A stretch of DNA of 64,000 nucleotides from Octopus sinensis (taxonomy: Eukaryota). The position numbers and the translations under genes were made by a program. The notes beneath the pieces were generated by a model. The model did no database searches. It was given only the letters and a program-made list of their open reading frames with translations, and was not told where the DNA came from. Positions 1 through 12,509 of this stretch are shown here, piece by piece; the stretch's first letter is position 1, and each line of letters begins with the position of its first letter. The DNA is taken from the NCBI RefSeq assembly GCF_006345805.1, contig NC_043015.1, positions 5,580,001 through 5,644,000 on the forward strand. The letters run 5' to 3'.

Positions 1-146
1 TGGTTGCTTAAATATCGAAAGATTTCTTATTACAATTATACATTTTAAAAATATATGTAGAGGAAAAAGAAAATAATATTAAAAAGATATATAAAAAATA
101 TGAGTGATTAAAATTAAAAATAAAAATAAAAATTATATATACATAT

Positions 147-180
<34 letters not shown>

Positions 181-340
181 GGAGTGGCTGTGGGCTAAGT
201 AGCTTGCTAATCAACCAAATGGTTCCGGGTTTAGTCCAACTGTGTGGAACCTTGGGTAAGTGTCTTCTACTACAGCCTTGGGCCGACCCATGCCTTGTGA
301 GTGGATTTGGTAGACGGAAACCGAAAGAAGCCCGTCGTAT
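181..340 (+). mobile_element. SINE-A 5' half (tRNA-derived head), ends at internal TA tract
   Basis: GGAGTGGCTGTG..AAGTAGCTTGC..GGTTCCGGGTT..GGATTTGGTAGACGGAAAC.GAAAGAAGCCCGTCG matches full copies at 23979, 32876 and 41423. Confidence 0.85.
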
Positions 341-485
341 ATATATATATATAAACAATAAAGACCTACATGCTAGGGGAAAATAGGTTTGCTTAACAAC
401 TTGATGGATGCTGCAGATACACAGTTGATATATTTATTCCTAATTATGGTATCCAAGTGGCTCAAAGTCATGGTTCAGTAGTTAA

Positions 486-722
486 ATTCCTTCTTTTATT
501 GGTTATCGTGGTTTTGCTGGGAAAATCGTTAGATATAGTACTAGTATTGACAATACGAATCAATATATGGGAAGAATAAATAAGCTGTTAAGACATTTAG
601 TAAAACAAGGGTATAAATATGATAAGTTGGTTAACACTTTTAACCGCTGTTTAGGTGTGAATCTTGAAATTTTAAATAAATATGGGGTAATATCTAGTCT
701 TCATCTAAGCAAATATTTCTAA
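486..722 (+). pseudogene. Penelope-like element RT C-terminal (thumb) remnant
   Basis: Stop-free 78-codon frame IPSFIGYRGFAGKIVRYSTSIDNTNQYMGRINKLLRHLVKQGYKYDKLVNTFNRC resembles the recalled PLE pattern SNIP...YG..I.Q..RY.......F..R...L...L..QGY....L...F. Judged by eye. Confidence 0.4.
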
Positions 723-1796
723 GGATTTGAAGGTTTACGATTCGAGTTATTTAATTACTACGTCACCAATGTTGAAACATTGAGAGCGTGGTAATTATGC
801 ACTACGTCGTAAATATTTAGCTGGCCCTTTAAACTGTTGGTGAGGTAACCGCGTGTCTTATTAAACGTAAATTTTAATACTAGTAGTTTTAATATTTGTG
901 ATTTTATTGTCTTTTAAACAATTTGATCAGTTTATTACAAGGTTTATTACAAGTATTTTATTAGTTCCTATTTACTGAAATTCAAGTGTAATATTGGTCA
1001 CTGGCAATTTAATAGTATAACTTGTAGTGGCGATATATTAATGAGCATGTAGTGTTCCATTATTAACTTTGGAATGATGAAATAATGTATTTCACTCATA
1101 ATAATATTAGTTAAATTAATTTCAATCGTGATTTGCTTTGGAAAAATTTTATAAGGCTTGAACTTTCATTATAGCAATATCTATGGAAGACCGGCGGGAT
1201 TATTATTTATATGGACTTAAAGATTGATCACAATTTAGCATATAATTTAGTTATTGCATTTTACTAGCAATACCAATACAATGTACATTGGTTTATATGT
1301 CTCTTGTTGTAGTTTTATTATAGTTAATATTTAATCCTGCCTATATATTGGTTGATTGAAATAATGTGGTTATTAAGCTTTAACTTTTATATTACACTAC
1401 GGAAGACGGTAGGGATTATAATTTTTGTATGATTCAATAGAGTTGTCGCTGTTCAGCTACGCATTTAGGAGTAGCTGTTATTTACGAGTGGTTGTAATTT
1501 ACTTAGCGAATTTATATATCGATATTGTTGTACATAGGGTAAATGTGTTTGAAAGTTATGGTTTCTTTGGTTTACTTGTTCCCAAACAACATTTTAGTGC
1601 TGTTGACAACGCCGGATTTGAATGGTACGGCCCAGATTTCGAAACTATAGTGACATCCGCGGAGCAGCTGATGATGGAGGCATATTGGGTTGTTGGTTTG
1701 GTTGGTTTTATATATGTGGAATAGTATTTTTGGATTGTTGATATAGTTGCGGAATAGTATTATAAAACATCCCTTTGATATATATATAAGAGGTAG

Positions 1797-1908
1797 ATGA
1801 TGAAGATGAAGGAGACGAAGAAGAAGGAGAAGGAGAGGAAGAAGAAGAAGAAGAAGAAGAAGAAGAAGAAGAAGAAGAAGAAGAAGAAGAAGAAGAAGAA
1901 GAAGACGA
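1797..1908 (+). repeat. (GAA)n trinucleotide tract
   Basis: Directly visible; explains the poly-K/L/S ORFs here. Confidence 0.97.
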
Positions 1909-2134
1909 AGAACAATAACAACAAAAGAAAGAAAGAATGTAATAAAAGGCAAGGAGAACAAAAATATAAACAAAATTAAGGAAAACTAAATATATAAATA
2001 ACAAACAATTTTAAAATAAGATTAATAGCAATAAAGAACAGTGAGGGGAATTTTAAGTCTATCCAGAATAACCAAATGGAAAATTTAGTAATGGTCATTA
2101 TTGTGTCACCTGTTCAGTTCTCTCAGGTGGGATG

Positions 2135-2193
<59 letters not shown>

Positions 2194-2342
2194 CACACAC
2201 AAACAGACACACACACAACTAATAAACATATACGTCTCTTGACTTTTATACCTTTGCTTGTACACACCTATATATGCATACCTACATACACGTATGTGTA
2301 CCTACACATATACATATTACGTTCAAAGACAGCAACACTTTT

Positions 2343-2600
2343 AAAATAAATGCAAATATGAATTAGAAATCCAGAAACCTAACCTTCTGTGTGACATGTC
2401 CCGAATGCAAAGAATGCTACAGTGGCGAAACGGATATTGGACTATATGAGAGAGTAAGGGTCCATAAGCAACAAATCACTGCCCCCCCCCCCCGTTCGAA
2501 ACACAACGTCCAGTGATCTTTTCGAAAGATGTGAGGCGAGAAAAGTTTAAATATTCCCTTTCTTTAAGCTACTCAATGAAACTGAACAAAAAGTTAAAAC
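2343..2600 (+). pseudogene. Penelope-like element GIY-YIG endonuclease remnant
   Basis: KINANMN*KSRNLTFCVTCPECKECYSGETDIGLYERVRVHKQQITA, then a frameshift in a C12 run, then VRNTTSSDLFERCEARKV*IFPFFKL. The degenerate GIY/YIG, CxxC, H-QQI and IFPF pattern is typical of PLE endonucleases. Confidence 0.75.
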
Positions 2601-2823
2601 CAAAACCACCGGAACTGGCATCCCAACAATCCACAGGAAGACACCAGCCAAGCAATGACTGATGGACCTAAATCTTCCCCACACTGTTTTCATGTAATAT
2701 TAGTCTTAATTTTAATTATTAATTCTTATTTATACATTTATATTTTCGTGATTTCATTTACTTTCTTGTCATTCTCCCCTTTTCTTCCTTCGCCTTCTTT
2801 CTTCCTTCCGTTTGTTATTGTGG

Positions 2824-2826
<3 letters not shown>

Positions 2827-2868
<42 letters not shown>

Positions 2869-2937
2869 TTCTTCTTCTTCTTCTTATTCTTCTTCTTCTT
2901 CTTCTTCTTCTTCTTCTTCTTCTTCTTCTTCTTCTTC
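2827..2937 (+). repeat. (CTT)n trinucleotide tract
   Basis: Directly visible. Confidence 0.97.
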
Positions 2938-3291
2938 ATGCATATACATGTATGCATGTATATGTATATGTATGTATGTATGTATCGTTTAAATTTTGGT
3001 GGGGCAAAGGTTCTGAATATATAAATAGAAAATCTCATTCTATTATAGCGGTCACAGTCTAATGATGCCGACTCGTAAACCAATTTTATGGGTTTTGTAA
3101 TCATCCCAGCAATCCGGACCGCGATCTTAAGAGACATGTGACTTGTGGAAATGCGTGTAGTGATTTATAAATTCCGTCCAAGAATTACTATTATTATTTC
3201 AATGTGTGTGTATGTGTGTATGTATGCGTGTGTATGTATGCGTATGTATGTGTGTGTGTGTATATTTTCGTGCCTGTCTTTATACCCCCCA

Positions 3292-3480
3292 TCTCTGATT
3301 GACAACCGGTATTTGTGCATTTACATCCCGGCAACTTAGAGATTCGTCAAAAATATTCCTATATTATAAGAACCAGTCTTAAAATAAATACGTCCTAGTG
3401 TTGATTTCTTCGACTAAAACCCTCCAAGACGGTGCTCAAGCATGGCTGCAGTCAAATGGCTTAAACAAAGAAAAGAATAA
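3292..3480 (+). mobile_element. SINE-A 3' half, degenerate
   Basis: TTGACAACCG...ACTTAG...GGTGCTC.AGCATGGCTGCAGTCAAATG matches the SINE-A 3' module. Confidence 0.7.
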
Positions 3481-3959
3481 CTCAATAAAGAATCAATATT
3501 ATTCAATGTAAGAAAGTTAAAATTATCCTCAGCGAAGAAGTAAGCGAGTATAAGTGTGTCACCAACGTAGCTTTTGAAAGTTAGACAAGCTGGCATCACA
3601 GACTAGATACTACGGTTTATTTGTAAATATGTTCAATAAATTTGAAACGTTGTTTTTGCGAGAATGATGGTAAGGATTTAGTGAATTGCTGAATGTCTGT
3701 GTCAGAGTGACCGTAGCGAGTAGAGAATTTAATAGATAGTTTAGTCGGTTATTTGGTCACAAATGCGATGATAGCTGCATAGCTGTAAGGAAATACTACA
3801 TCAAAAGTGAAAGTAGACATATTGTGATCGTACGCCTCCGAAGGAAACCAGTATAGTGTCTCTTTTACCACGTCTAAGCTGGCGACATAACCAGTAAAAG
3901 AATATAAAAAATGTTTAAAAGATGTTGAAGAAACAGAATCAAGGACATTTTATAGAGTG

Positions 3960-4200
3960 GGCTGATAACCTTTAATATAACGGGTGTCATTTTAAGACTG
4001 GTTCCATGTTTGTTTTATAATATGTTGGAAATGTAGGAAGTTTATCGTTACTGATGAGAAAATCTTTCCTTTTAATTTTGGAAGTAAAGTTGCCTGAAGC
4101 TGCAAATATTATTGGTCAAAGTTGCGTTATTGTCCTTAATCTGGGTATATATTGAATTTATGTCCATGATATGAAAATCAATGTTTTTAAGGTATTCGTA
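3960..4200 (-). pseudogene. Possible PLE reverse-transcriptase remnant
   Basis: Minus frame gives FHIMDINSIYTQI, similar to the PLE RT motif D(I/V).S.Y..I. The rest is heavily decayed. Confidence 0.3.
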
Positions 4201-4245
4201 TTTTAAGTAATTCTGTCTTCAATGGTAGAACAATATTTCAATCCT

Positions 4246-4434
4246 TTACTCTCTTTTACTCTTTTACTTGTTAGTCGAGGGAATCGAACCCCAGGACTTA
4301 TTCTTTGTAAGCCTAGTGATATTCTATCGGTCACTTTTGTGGAACCGCTAAGTTACGGGGACATAAACAGAACACCATCAGTTGTCAAGTGATGTTGGGG
4401 GAGGACAAACACAGACACACAAACACATACACGC

Positions 4435-4481
<47 letters not shown>

Positions 4482-4652
4482 CATATACGACAGGCTTCTA
4501 TTAGGTTCCGTCTACCAAATCCACTCACAAGGATTTGGTCGGCCCGAGGCTATAGTGGAAAGACACTTACCCAAGTTGTCCCGCAGGCAGACTGAACCAG
4601 GAACCATGTGGTTGGCAAGCAAGCTACTTAACATACAACCGCTCCTACGCCT
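4246..4652 (-). mobile_element. SINE-A, near full length
   Basis: Head at 4652, internal CA/TA tract, (GAGTAAAA)n tail at 4246; CCTTTACTC present at both ends. Confidence 0.9.
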
Positions 4653-5150
4653 TTACTCAAGACAGTATACAGAAATCTTTAGGTCTGCAGTTTTTGAGTG
4701 CCAGACATCATGAATAAGACATTTCGGTGATAGAGTTGCGTTTATACAACATTTTGAATATAGATATGTTTAGTACAGTCTTTCAAATTTGTCGTCGATT
4801 TGATTGTGACACCAAAATGGTAGATGAGAAATTTCCTCTTTGGAGACAGCACCGGTAATTGATAGACTGTATGGCCCCAGATGGTCACAATGTCATTTCT
4901 ATTTTTCCATTACTTAAAAATTACTTAAATATTCCCTAATGAACAGAAATATGAGATTATCCTTTCACATAATCTGCGTAGACATCTTGTAATTTATCTT
5001 TAAGAGAAAAGGCATATCGTATCCCGGTTTAACATTCGGATCTTCAAATTGATGTTGACTGGTATTTTAACATTTACTCCCTTCTATATGGAAGAGCAAT
5101 TTTATACAGCTTCAGCAAATATTGAAATTGCTTTGTTACTTAAAAGATGC

Positions 5151-5285
5151 ACATTATTTACTTTTGACGGATATTTGTACTTATCTTGTTTGTTGTTAAC
5201 ACAACGTTTCGGCTGATATATCCTCCAGCCTTCATCAGGTGTCTTGGGAAAATTTCGAACCTCGATCTTCATTCCTAAAGTACTT
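5151..5285 (-). mobile_element. Half of the PLE-pLTR-like fold-back element (family of 19369-19730)
   Basis: Near identical to the left arm of the 19369 element. Confidence 0.8.
5198..5243 (-). ncRNA. Minimal type-I hammerhead ribozyme fold
   Basis: GACAC CUGAUGA A GGCUG-loop-CAGCC GAAA CGUU GUGUU: intact core, 5-bp stem I, 5-bp stem II, palindromic stem III (AACGUU), GUU cleavage triplet. Confidence 0.7.
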
Positions 5286-5313
5286 TTCGATATACGTCGA
5301 GTATATCGACTCA

Positions 5314-5459
5314 CTGCAGTGCTGAACAGATACTTATTTTATCGATCCCAGATAGATTAAAGGTAAAGATGACCTCGGTGGAATTTGAACTCAGAACGTA
5401 GAGACAGAGGAAATGCTATTTTGCCAGGAGTGGTAAAGACTGTGCCAGCTCTCCACCTT
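5314..5459 (-). mobile_element. SINE-B (Meta-domain-like), degenerate
   Basis: Reverse complement carries GAGTTCAAATTCCACCGAGGTC...TCGATAAAATAAGTA. Confidence 0.8.
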
Positions 5460-5531
5460 AATGAGGCACTGAACCTCATCGCTCAATGAGGCACTGAACC
5501 TCGCTGACTTAATGAGGTACTGAACCTCATC
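5460..5531. repeat. Three tandem 25-26 bp hairpin repeats
   Basis: AATGAGG(C/T)ACTGAACCTC x3; ATGAGG/CCTCAT stems in units 1 and 3. Confidence 0.9.
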
Positions 5532-6564
5532 AACAAATAATTTAGAATTCTAGATCTTATTCTGTTGTTATGTTAATCTAACGAGATGTTTCTTAGCAAA
5601 AACAAAAAAAAATCTTGCGGCAGTGCGAAGTTAATAAAAGACAATAATTTAATGAACGTTCTCTACAAGACATATTCAGCTAACTTATTTCAGAATCTCA
5701 CTTGCTAAAACACACACGAATATATGCATATTTAATTTTAGTTATAGATATATGCATAATGTATATGTATATGCCTCTGTGTGTGCACGCGCGTGCTTAT
5801 GTGCGTATATGCGTGTGTGTGTGAGTGAGTGTGTATATATACATACATACCAGTGTGTGACTGTGTGTGTATGTGTATGTCAGCGTGTGTGTAGGCATAT
5901 ACTTATGGAAGCACATATAAAACGAGATGCATACGGAAAGAGATTGAGATAAACAAATACACGTCTCATCAGATATGCGAGTCCTGTTATGCAATTACAG
6001 CTGTTGAATTCTTGCATGTCATACTTTTAACGTGCATTGATTTGAAAATACAAAATTCATACACAATACAAAATTCATAATAGATTTCATCGATTAACTT
6101 GTTAGCAAATCTACTGATTGGAATTGATTTTACTGTATACTATCTTCCGTTTGCATAATATAAAATATGTATGGTATAGTTTCAGCAGCTCTACTTGACA
6201 AAATACTGCGTTAACTGTGACTCATCCTTCCGGTTTAATACAAAATCAATTGCTTATTGTACGTAAGTATTATTTTTTTTATATATAACAATTTGTAATT
6301 AGGCCTCGTATGGCAAAAACTATATTCCTTTCCAAGTTTATAGAATAAAATTTCAGTTAAGATGTAGAAAATAGAATTGATAGTATCGACTACATATCTT
6401 GTATCTGGCACAAAATATTCATTTTTCTGTATATTTATTGGTCATTGTGTAGAATCTGGGATTCTTGGTATTACTTCTAAACCAGAGTTTAACATTGTGG
6501 TGCATGAGGATTTGTAAGTGAAGTCATTATTTATGACTGCTTAACATAACTCGCGTTTTAGTTA

Positions 6565-6957
6565 TACTCTTGCTCTTTTACTCTTTTACTTGTTTCAGTC
6601 ATTTGACTGCGGTCATGCTGGAGCACGGCCTTTTAGTCGAGTAAATCGATCCCAGGACTTATTCTTTGTAAGCCTAGTACTTATTCTTTCAGTCTCTTTT
6701 GCTGAACCGCTAAATTACGGGGATATAAATACACCAGCATTGGTTGTCAAGCAATGCTAGAGGGAAAAACACAGACACACAAACATATACACACATACAT
6801 ATACATACATATATACGACGGGCTTCTTCCAGTTTCCGTCTACCAAATCCATTCACAAGGCTTTGGTCGGCCCGAAGCTATAGTGGAAGACACTTGCCCA
6901 AGGTGCCATGCAGTGGGAATGAACCCAGAACAACGTGGTTGGTAAGCAAACTACCCT
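6565..6957 (-). mobile_element. SINE-A, near full length
   Basis: Both modules and the GAGTAAAA tail are present. Confidence 0.9.
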
Positions 6958-7486
6958 GGTATTTCCATGTAAGCATTGTGGAATATTTTTTCTCCTTTCT
7001 CTCATGAAATAAAATAGATATTTTGTGAGTAGGAAATATCATTTAAAATCATGAAGTTATCTTGCAGCATTATATTTAGTTTAGTTGGTATTTGTGTCAA
7101 CAATACATGAAATATAACATAGTTATCTAGAAATGCAAAAATTGTATTAGTTATTCTTTAGATTATCTACATTGTATAGAAAACATATTGGCGATTAGGG
7201 TGGATATGAGTTGGCATTCTCATACGAACATTATCTGAGACTAAATTTCATCATACTTTCTCACACAGTGTTATGATGATATCTATGTGTCTATATATAA
7301 TTCTACACTGCGAGTACAGTGTTGTTAATTACCAGGAGAAATTCTACCCTTTCTCTGGGGCTGCAGCATTAGTGATCTCCAACAATAATGGTTATTTTTC
7401 ATTCAGAGTGATTAAGAACTACATGTAATTGTAAAAATAAATGATTGCTTAAATCAAGAGATGATATAATGGGTAATTTTTTTTTC

Positions 7487-7737
7487 CTTTGCGCCCTTTT
7501 AAAGCCTAGCCAGGGTCATGGGCCCGGTTTCCCGCTTTCTATGGCGTATGTATTCCCCAGCTGGACGGGATGCCAGTCCATCGCAGCGTTACTTATTTAT
7601 GCTAACTGAGTGGACTGGTGAAACGTGAAATGAAGTGTTTTGCTCAAGAACACAACGCGTCACCCGGTCCAGGAATCGAAACCACAATCTTACGTTCATG
7701 GTGCTGACACCCTAGCCACTAGGCCACGCGCCTCCAC
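7487..7737 (-). mobile_element. tRNA-derived CORE-like SINE with 11-bp TSD
   Basis: Box A (TGGCCTAGTGG) and box B (GTTTCGATTCC), GTGTTCTTGAGCAAAACAC core, A-rich tail; TAATGGGTAAT at 7467-7477 and 7739-7749. Confidence 0.85.
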
Positions 7738-7774
7738 GTAATGGGTAATAGAATACATTAAATTATAAATTTCT

Positions 7775-7920
7775 GCAGGCGTGTCTGTGTGGTAAAAAAA
7801 CAATTATACACTTGCGGGTTCAGTTCTGCAGCGTGGTACATTGTACACGTGTTCCCTACGATAGCCTCCGGCTGACACAAGCGTTATGAGTACATTTGGT
7901 ATGCAGAAACTGAAAACAGC
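7775..7920 (+). mobile_element. SINE-A 5' half, degenerate
   Basis: GTGTCTGTGTGGTAA..GGGTTCAGTT..GAAACTGAAA, followed by a TACA/TG tract. Confidence 0.65.
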
Positions 7921-8394
7921 ACATCATCTATATACATACATACATATGTACAAAGATATGTGCGTGTGTGCGTGTGCGTTTGTGTGTGTGTGTTTAACTA
8001 CGTCATTCCTTTCACTTTCGGTTGGCACTTCAATTTCCCTCTGCTCTTTTTCCCTTTTTAAGCCTACGGAAAAGAGTTGGAGAGCTAGATAAACATGAGT
8101 TTACTGTAATTGGTTGTGACTGGGGAATAAATAGTAACAGATCGAGCCTGTGTATCTTCTAAGAAATACAGAGTCTAGATTTTAATAGTTTTACAAAAAT
8201 TTTTTAAAAATGCAAAAACAAATAGCTTTAATAATATCTTGTGATTTGACAGGAAATATCAGGTATATCTAAAACCGTTTGAAACAGACTTGTTTTCCTG
8301 TGGATGTCTCCTTTCTATGACATTTTACCTCCTTCAAAAACCGGAAGATTTGTGTAATAATCATTTTTAATTTTGTCATACGGCAAACAATTTT

Positions 8395-8790
8395 TTGGCA
8401 GGGAGTAAATTGATTACATCGATACTAGCTTACATCAATTCTGAAAGAATGAAAGGCAAAGTCGACGTTGGTTGAATTTGAACTCAGAGCATAAAGACGA
8501 ATGAAATGCTGCTAAGCATTTTGCCAGGCGTGCTAACGATTCTGCCTGCTCACTGCCTTAATGTGTTATATAATATTGATCTGCAATTGTGTCACAAGGT
8601 CAGCAAGCACGAGGAAGGTGGCGAGTCGACTACATTGATCCCAGTATTCAACCGGTATTTATATTATCAACCCTGAAAGGATTAAATTAAAAGGTGACTT
8701 TGGTGGATATCGAAATCAGAACGTAAGACGGACGAAATGCTTACCGGCATTTCGTCCGACGTGTTAATGATACTGTCAGCTTGCCGCCTT
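8395..8790 (-). mobile_element. Two degenerate SINE-B copies (about 8395-8560 and 8605-8790)
   Basis: Each has GAAAGGCAAAGTCGAC...GAATTTGAACTCAGA-like and AAATGCT..GCATTT blocks. Confidence 0.8.
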
Positions 8791-11700
8791 GAAGAGCTTT
8801 ATAATATTGGAATATGTGTTCAACACGAATTTCCTTCTCCTCAAATAGCTAATATATGAGAAGAATATGTGCGCTGCTCCGGACAATTCATTTAAGTGTA
8901 AAACTATATATAATACCATAACTACTGCTTATGTTTTAACGCTGGTTCTTCCACACTTTTAACTCGAGAGAATAAAACCAGTCAAATTATCTTCAAATTA
9001 AACAATACCGTTCTCAGTAATAAATATTGTCTGTCTGAAAAGTAAAATGAAGTGGTCATGGCGGGAATGCTTCTGATCATAGGTTTACTCGGTCATGATT
9101 AACTTGGAGCTAAATAACAAAATCTATTACATGAAATCTCATTTAATTTTTGAAACGAAACAGCAGAGCAATTAACCTACTTTATTCATATTTCCGAAGT
9201 TATTAATATGAACCAAGTTTCTTAAAATAGGTCACTGCTTTTACAATTGAATAAAAATCAAGTGTAAAATTTCACATTAACTTGTGAGAAATTTAGACAG
9301 TGAAGAAATGAGAAATTTTACATTACTCCTAAATTGTTTGTTAACTCAATACTTCAAATGTCTATGATAATATGATTCCAGTGTCTTGGTCAAACTCAGA
9401 GATGAAAACATTTGAGAAGTTAAAAGTTTCTCTTTATTGAATTTGGTTGAAGAACTCTATACCTCATTAGAGTGAATGCAAATCACCAAGACGTTAATAT
9501 CATTCTTTTCTTTACTATTTAGTTACAATTGACAAACAACCATGACTTGTACAAACAGCCATGACGTGTGAAATTCACGATGCTGCACAAATATACGCAC
9601 CTCGAAAGGACATTATGTTCACCTCATTTAGTCTTTAAAATTCTAAGCATTTAATCATGGTTTATACAAATTCATTCAATGATCTCTTTTAGATGCTTGC
9701 CGTGTTCAGTAATGATATTATTTTCAAAGAATTAACGTCTGTATTATGTTTTTCGCAACAACGAAAATGTCAAATGGCTGTTTCCCTTCTATTTGTCAGA
9801 AAACAAATTTCATGTAATTTCAATAGAATTTTAATCATTGCCACTAAAATAACGCCTGCAATAACCGTACAAATGTCGTTTGTATCAAAGGCGGGAAAGG
9901 TTTACACGTGTGACTAGAGATTAAACATTTTAGTATAGTTAGTTACTACAGGATCTGGTTGTCATGCACTAGAGCGTTCTTAAGTTCACCTGGCTGACCT
10001 CCATCTTTTTTAGTAACATTGCTAATGAGGTTTTTAAAAGCCATAAATACGAACGAACTATGTTAATCATGTAATTTGAACAGTCATCCAAATAGAAACG
10101 TAATTATAATCCCTCCCTTTAGCGTTTTATGTTTTAAACGCTTGTCATAAAATGAAAACTTTGTGTTCAGAAAACAGTTTAATAATACTAATATTGATTT
10201 CTGAGAATGGCATAAAGACACACATTTGTGAGGAAAATAGAGCAAATTATAATTCTGTCTCCTAGTATATTACAGGTACTGATCTTATCAAACACGATTT
10301 GAATAAAATCAAAGCAGAAATTAACCTTTCAATGACACGAAAAGCAGAATGTGATCGTGGTGTAATCAGTTGTCATAAGATATTCTTGTTTTCATCTGCT
10401 TGGCCTCATGTGATTGGCTCTCTCAGCAGAGGTATGATCAAAATTATTCCAGCCGTGACCATCCCTGCTGGACATGGTATATGCATAGGATTTATTATCT
10501 AATATTTTGTAACCATTTCTAAAATGGAAGTGTGCATTTCTTAGAGAGACAGAACTGCAATTTATGTAACAGTGGCTGCGGTTATGTTTTCAATACTGTA
10601 AATCATTACAACTGTTTTGTTGCTGTATAGATTTCACGCGTAAGTTGACTGCAACAAACTTTTATCTAGTGTGTGTCAATTTAAACAAATACTATGGCAG
10701 TATTTGTCATAACGGCGCCCAGAAAATGGGAGCCAAACGTAATTTCAGTGAGTGCATTTCTCTAAAAGTACGTAACTAAAATCGGGTAGTTTACCAGCTA
10801 TGACACACAGCAACTCTGAGCGAGTACAGCAAATTAAATTTCTCTCATTAGCTGTAGATTATATTCCTGCTCTTCGGAATTACAAGGTTTATGATCAACA
10901 ATCTCAGCATTGAGGGTTAGAAATTAAAAGATGGAAATAAATATTGAGAACAATGATAGGCGTTGTACATATTTTGTCAATGCATTGTGACTCGAACAGT
11001 TTTATTGATTTCCTACATGGAAAGAAGGTCGTTGAAAAAGTGAATACGACTTAAGCGACATTTGAACTCAGCAGTAAATGGATGAATCTAATAATAGTTT
11101 GCTTTTAGTCAGGCAATCTTTTATATTTTTTGTATTCTTTTTTAATATTACTATAGTTAAAATTTGTTCTTTCGCTTCTCTCTGTACAATGATTTATCAC
11201 ATTCGCCTTGGCTTCAGATTTTGCAGTGAATGTCCAAAATCAAATAAGTCGACCTACTACATGCCTGCTAATTAGCGTATGAACCTCAGAAGAGTGTATG
11301 TCAAAGTCCAGCCAGGCAGGATTTGCAATGTGACTGTACAGGGATGAAAGTAAATAAATGTATGAGATTTAGCCTAACTTTCCACAAATTCTGCCAACTT
11401 ACAGTTCTTTACGTTTATCCAAATAATTACATTCGCAAATTTGATGAAATATATCTGAAAGTTATTGAATGCAGTAACTGTCATTATGAGAGAATACCTC
11501 TTACAGATAATACGAAATGATTACGTGACGTGTGTAATTATGTTATGGGAATGTTATAGAACCTAATGCTTCAGAATTAATAAACATCATACTGTCCGCG
11601 AGTATCAATAAGCATTTAGTGTTTTTATTGAATATATAAGAGTTGAGGAGGTAATAATTCTCAAAGAAAAACAAATATCAAGGGAAAATGCTGTTGCTAC

Positions 11701-12509
11701 TTAATGGATACACGTTTTCTTATTTTTAAGATAGGCAAAAACTTTTATGTGTTAGGTCATACGTTTTAAAGTTTTGTCACGTCTATTCCCCTTTCTCATT
11801 AATCAAGTTTTAGTAGTAAACTACAAGTTGATAAAATGCTTGACTGCTTCATCAAGTATTATAGTTACTATATCGTGTCTCTAGAGAAAAGACTAAAGTG
11901 CTGACGTAAGTTTCTATGTAGGATTAGACCATTGTTTGTATATAGAATTTTAAGCCCTCGTGGAACTATAGCGGTTTCAAAGTCCAAGTATACTTAGCAA
12001 GATTACAGCTTAAATATAAACGTCCAGTTTGGAAGAAATATATATTAAAATTAGAATAAATTTCAGTAGTGAATAGTATAATGCACTATCTCTTTCCAAT
12101 TTGCTCTCAAATAGATCTGGAAATGATTTTGGGATACATGTTCCAACATTGGATTAATAAAAAATAAAACTGAATTAAATATCGAAAAAGAAATTGTATA
12201 CCATTTAAAAAAATAAAACAAGAAAGGTATAACGTTTGTGGAATTTTCAGACTGAAGAAAGTGTTATTTGTGAGTTAACCACAAGTCGTAGGCATTCACA
12301 TCCACATTGTTATCCGATAGCACTTCACAGAAAATTTTCGGATCTCACTATGAATCGAATCTTACGGAAGGAAACTATTCTTTTCATACCACAGAGACCG
12401 ATAACATAAAGTACCAGTGAAATATTTCGGAAGTCGATAATATTGACAATTACAATTTTGCATTAGAAACCATCATCATCATCAACATCGCCGTTGTTGT
12501 TTTCTTGTT

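Noticed and set aside
361-1760. Possible mitochondrial insertion (NUMT)
   Set aside because: AT-rich look only. I recognised no mitochondrial protein, tRNA or rRNA motif, and part fits a PLE remnant better.
5460-5531. CRISPR-like array interpretation
   Set aside because: Linkers are only 5-8 nt, there are three units, the context is eukaryotic and no cas genes are present.
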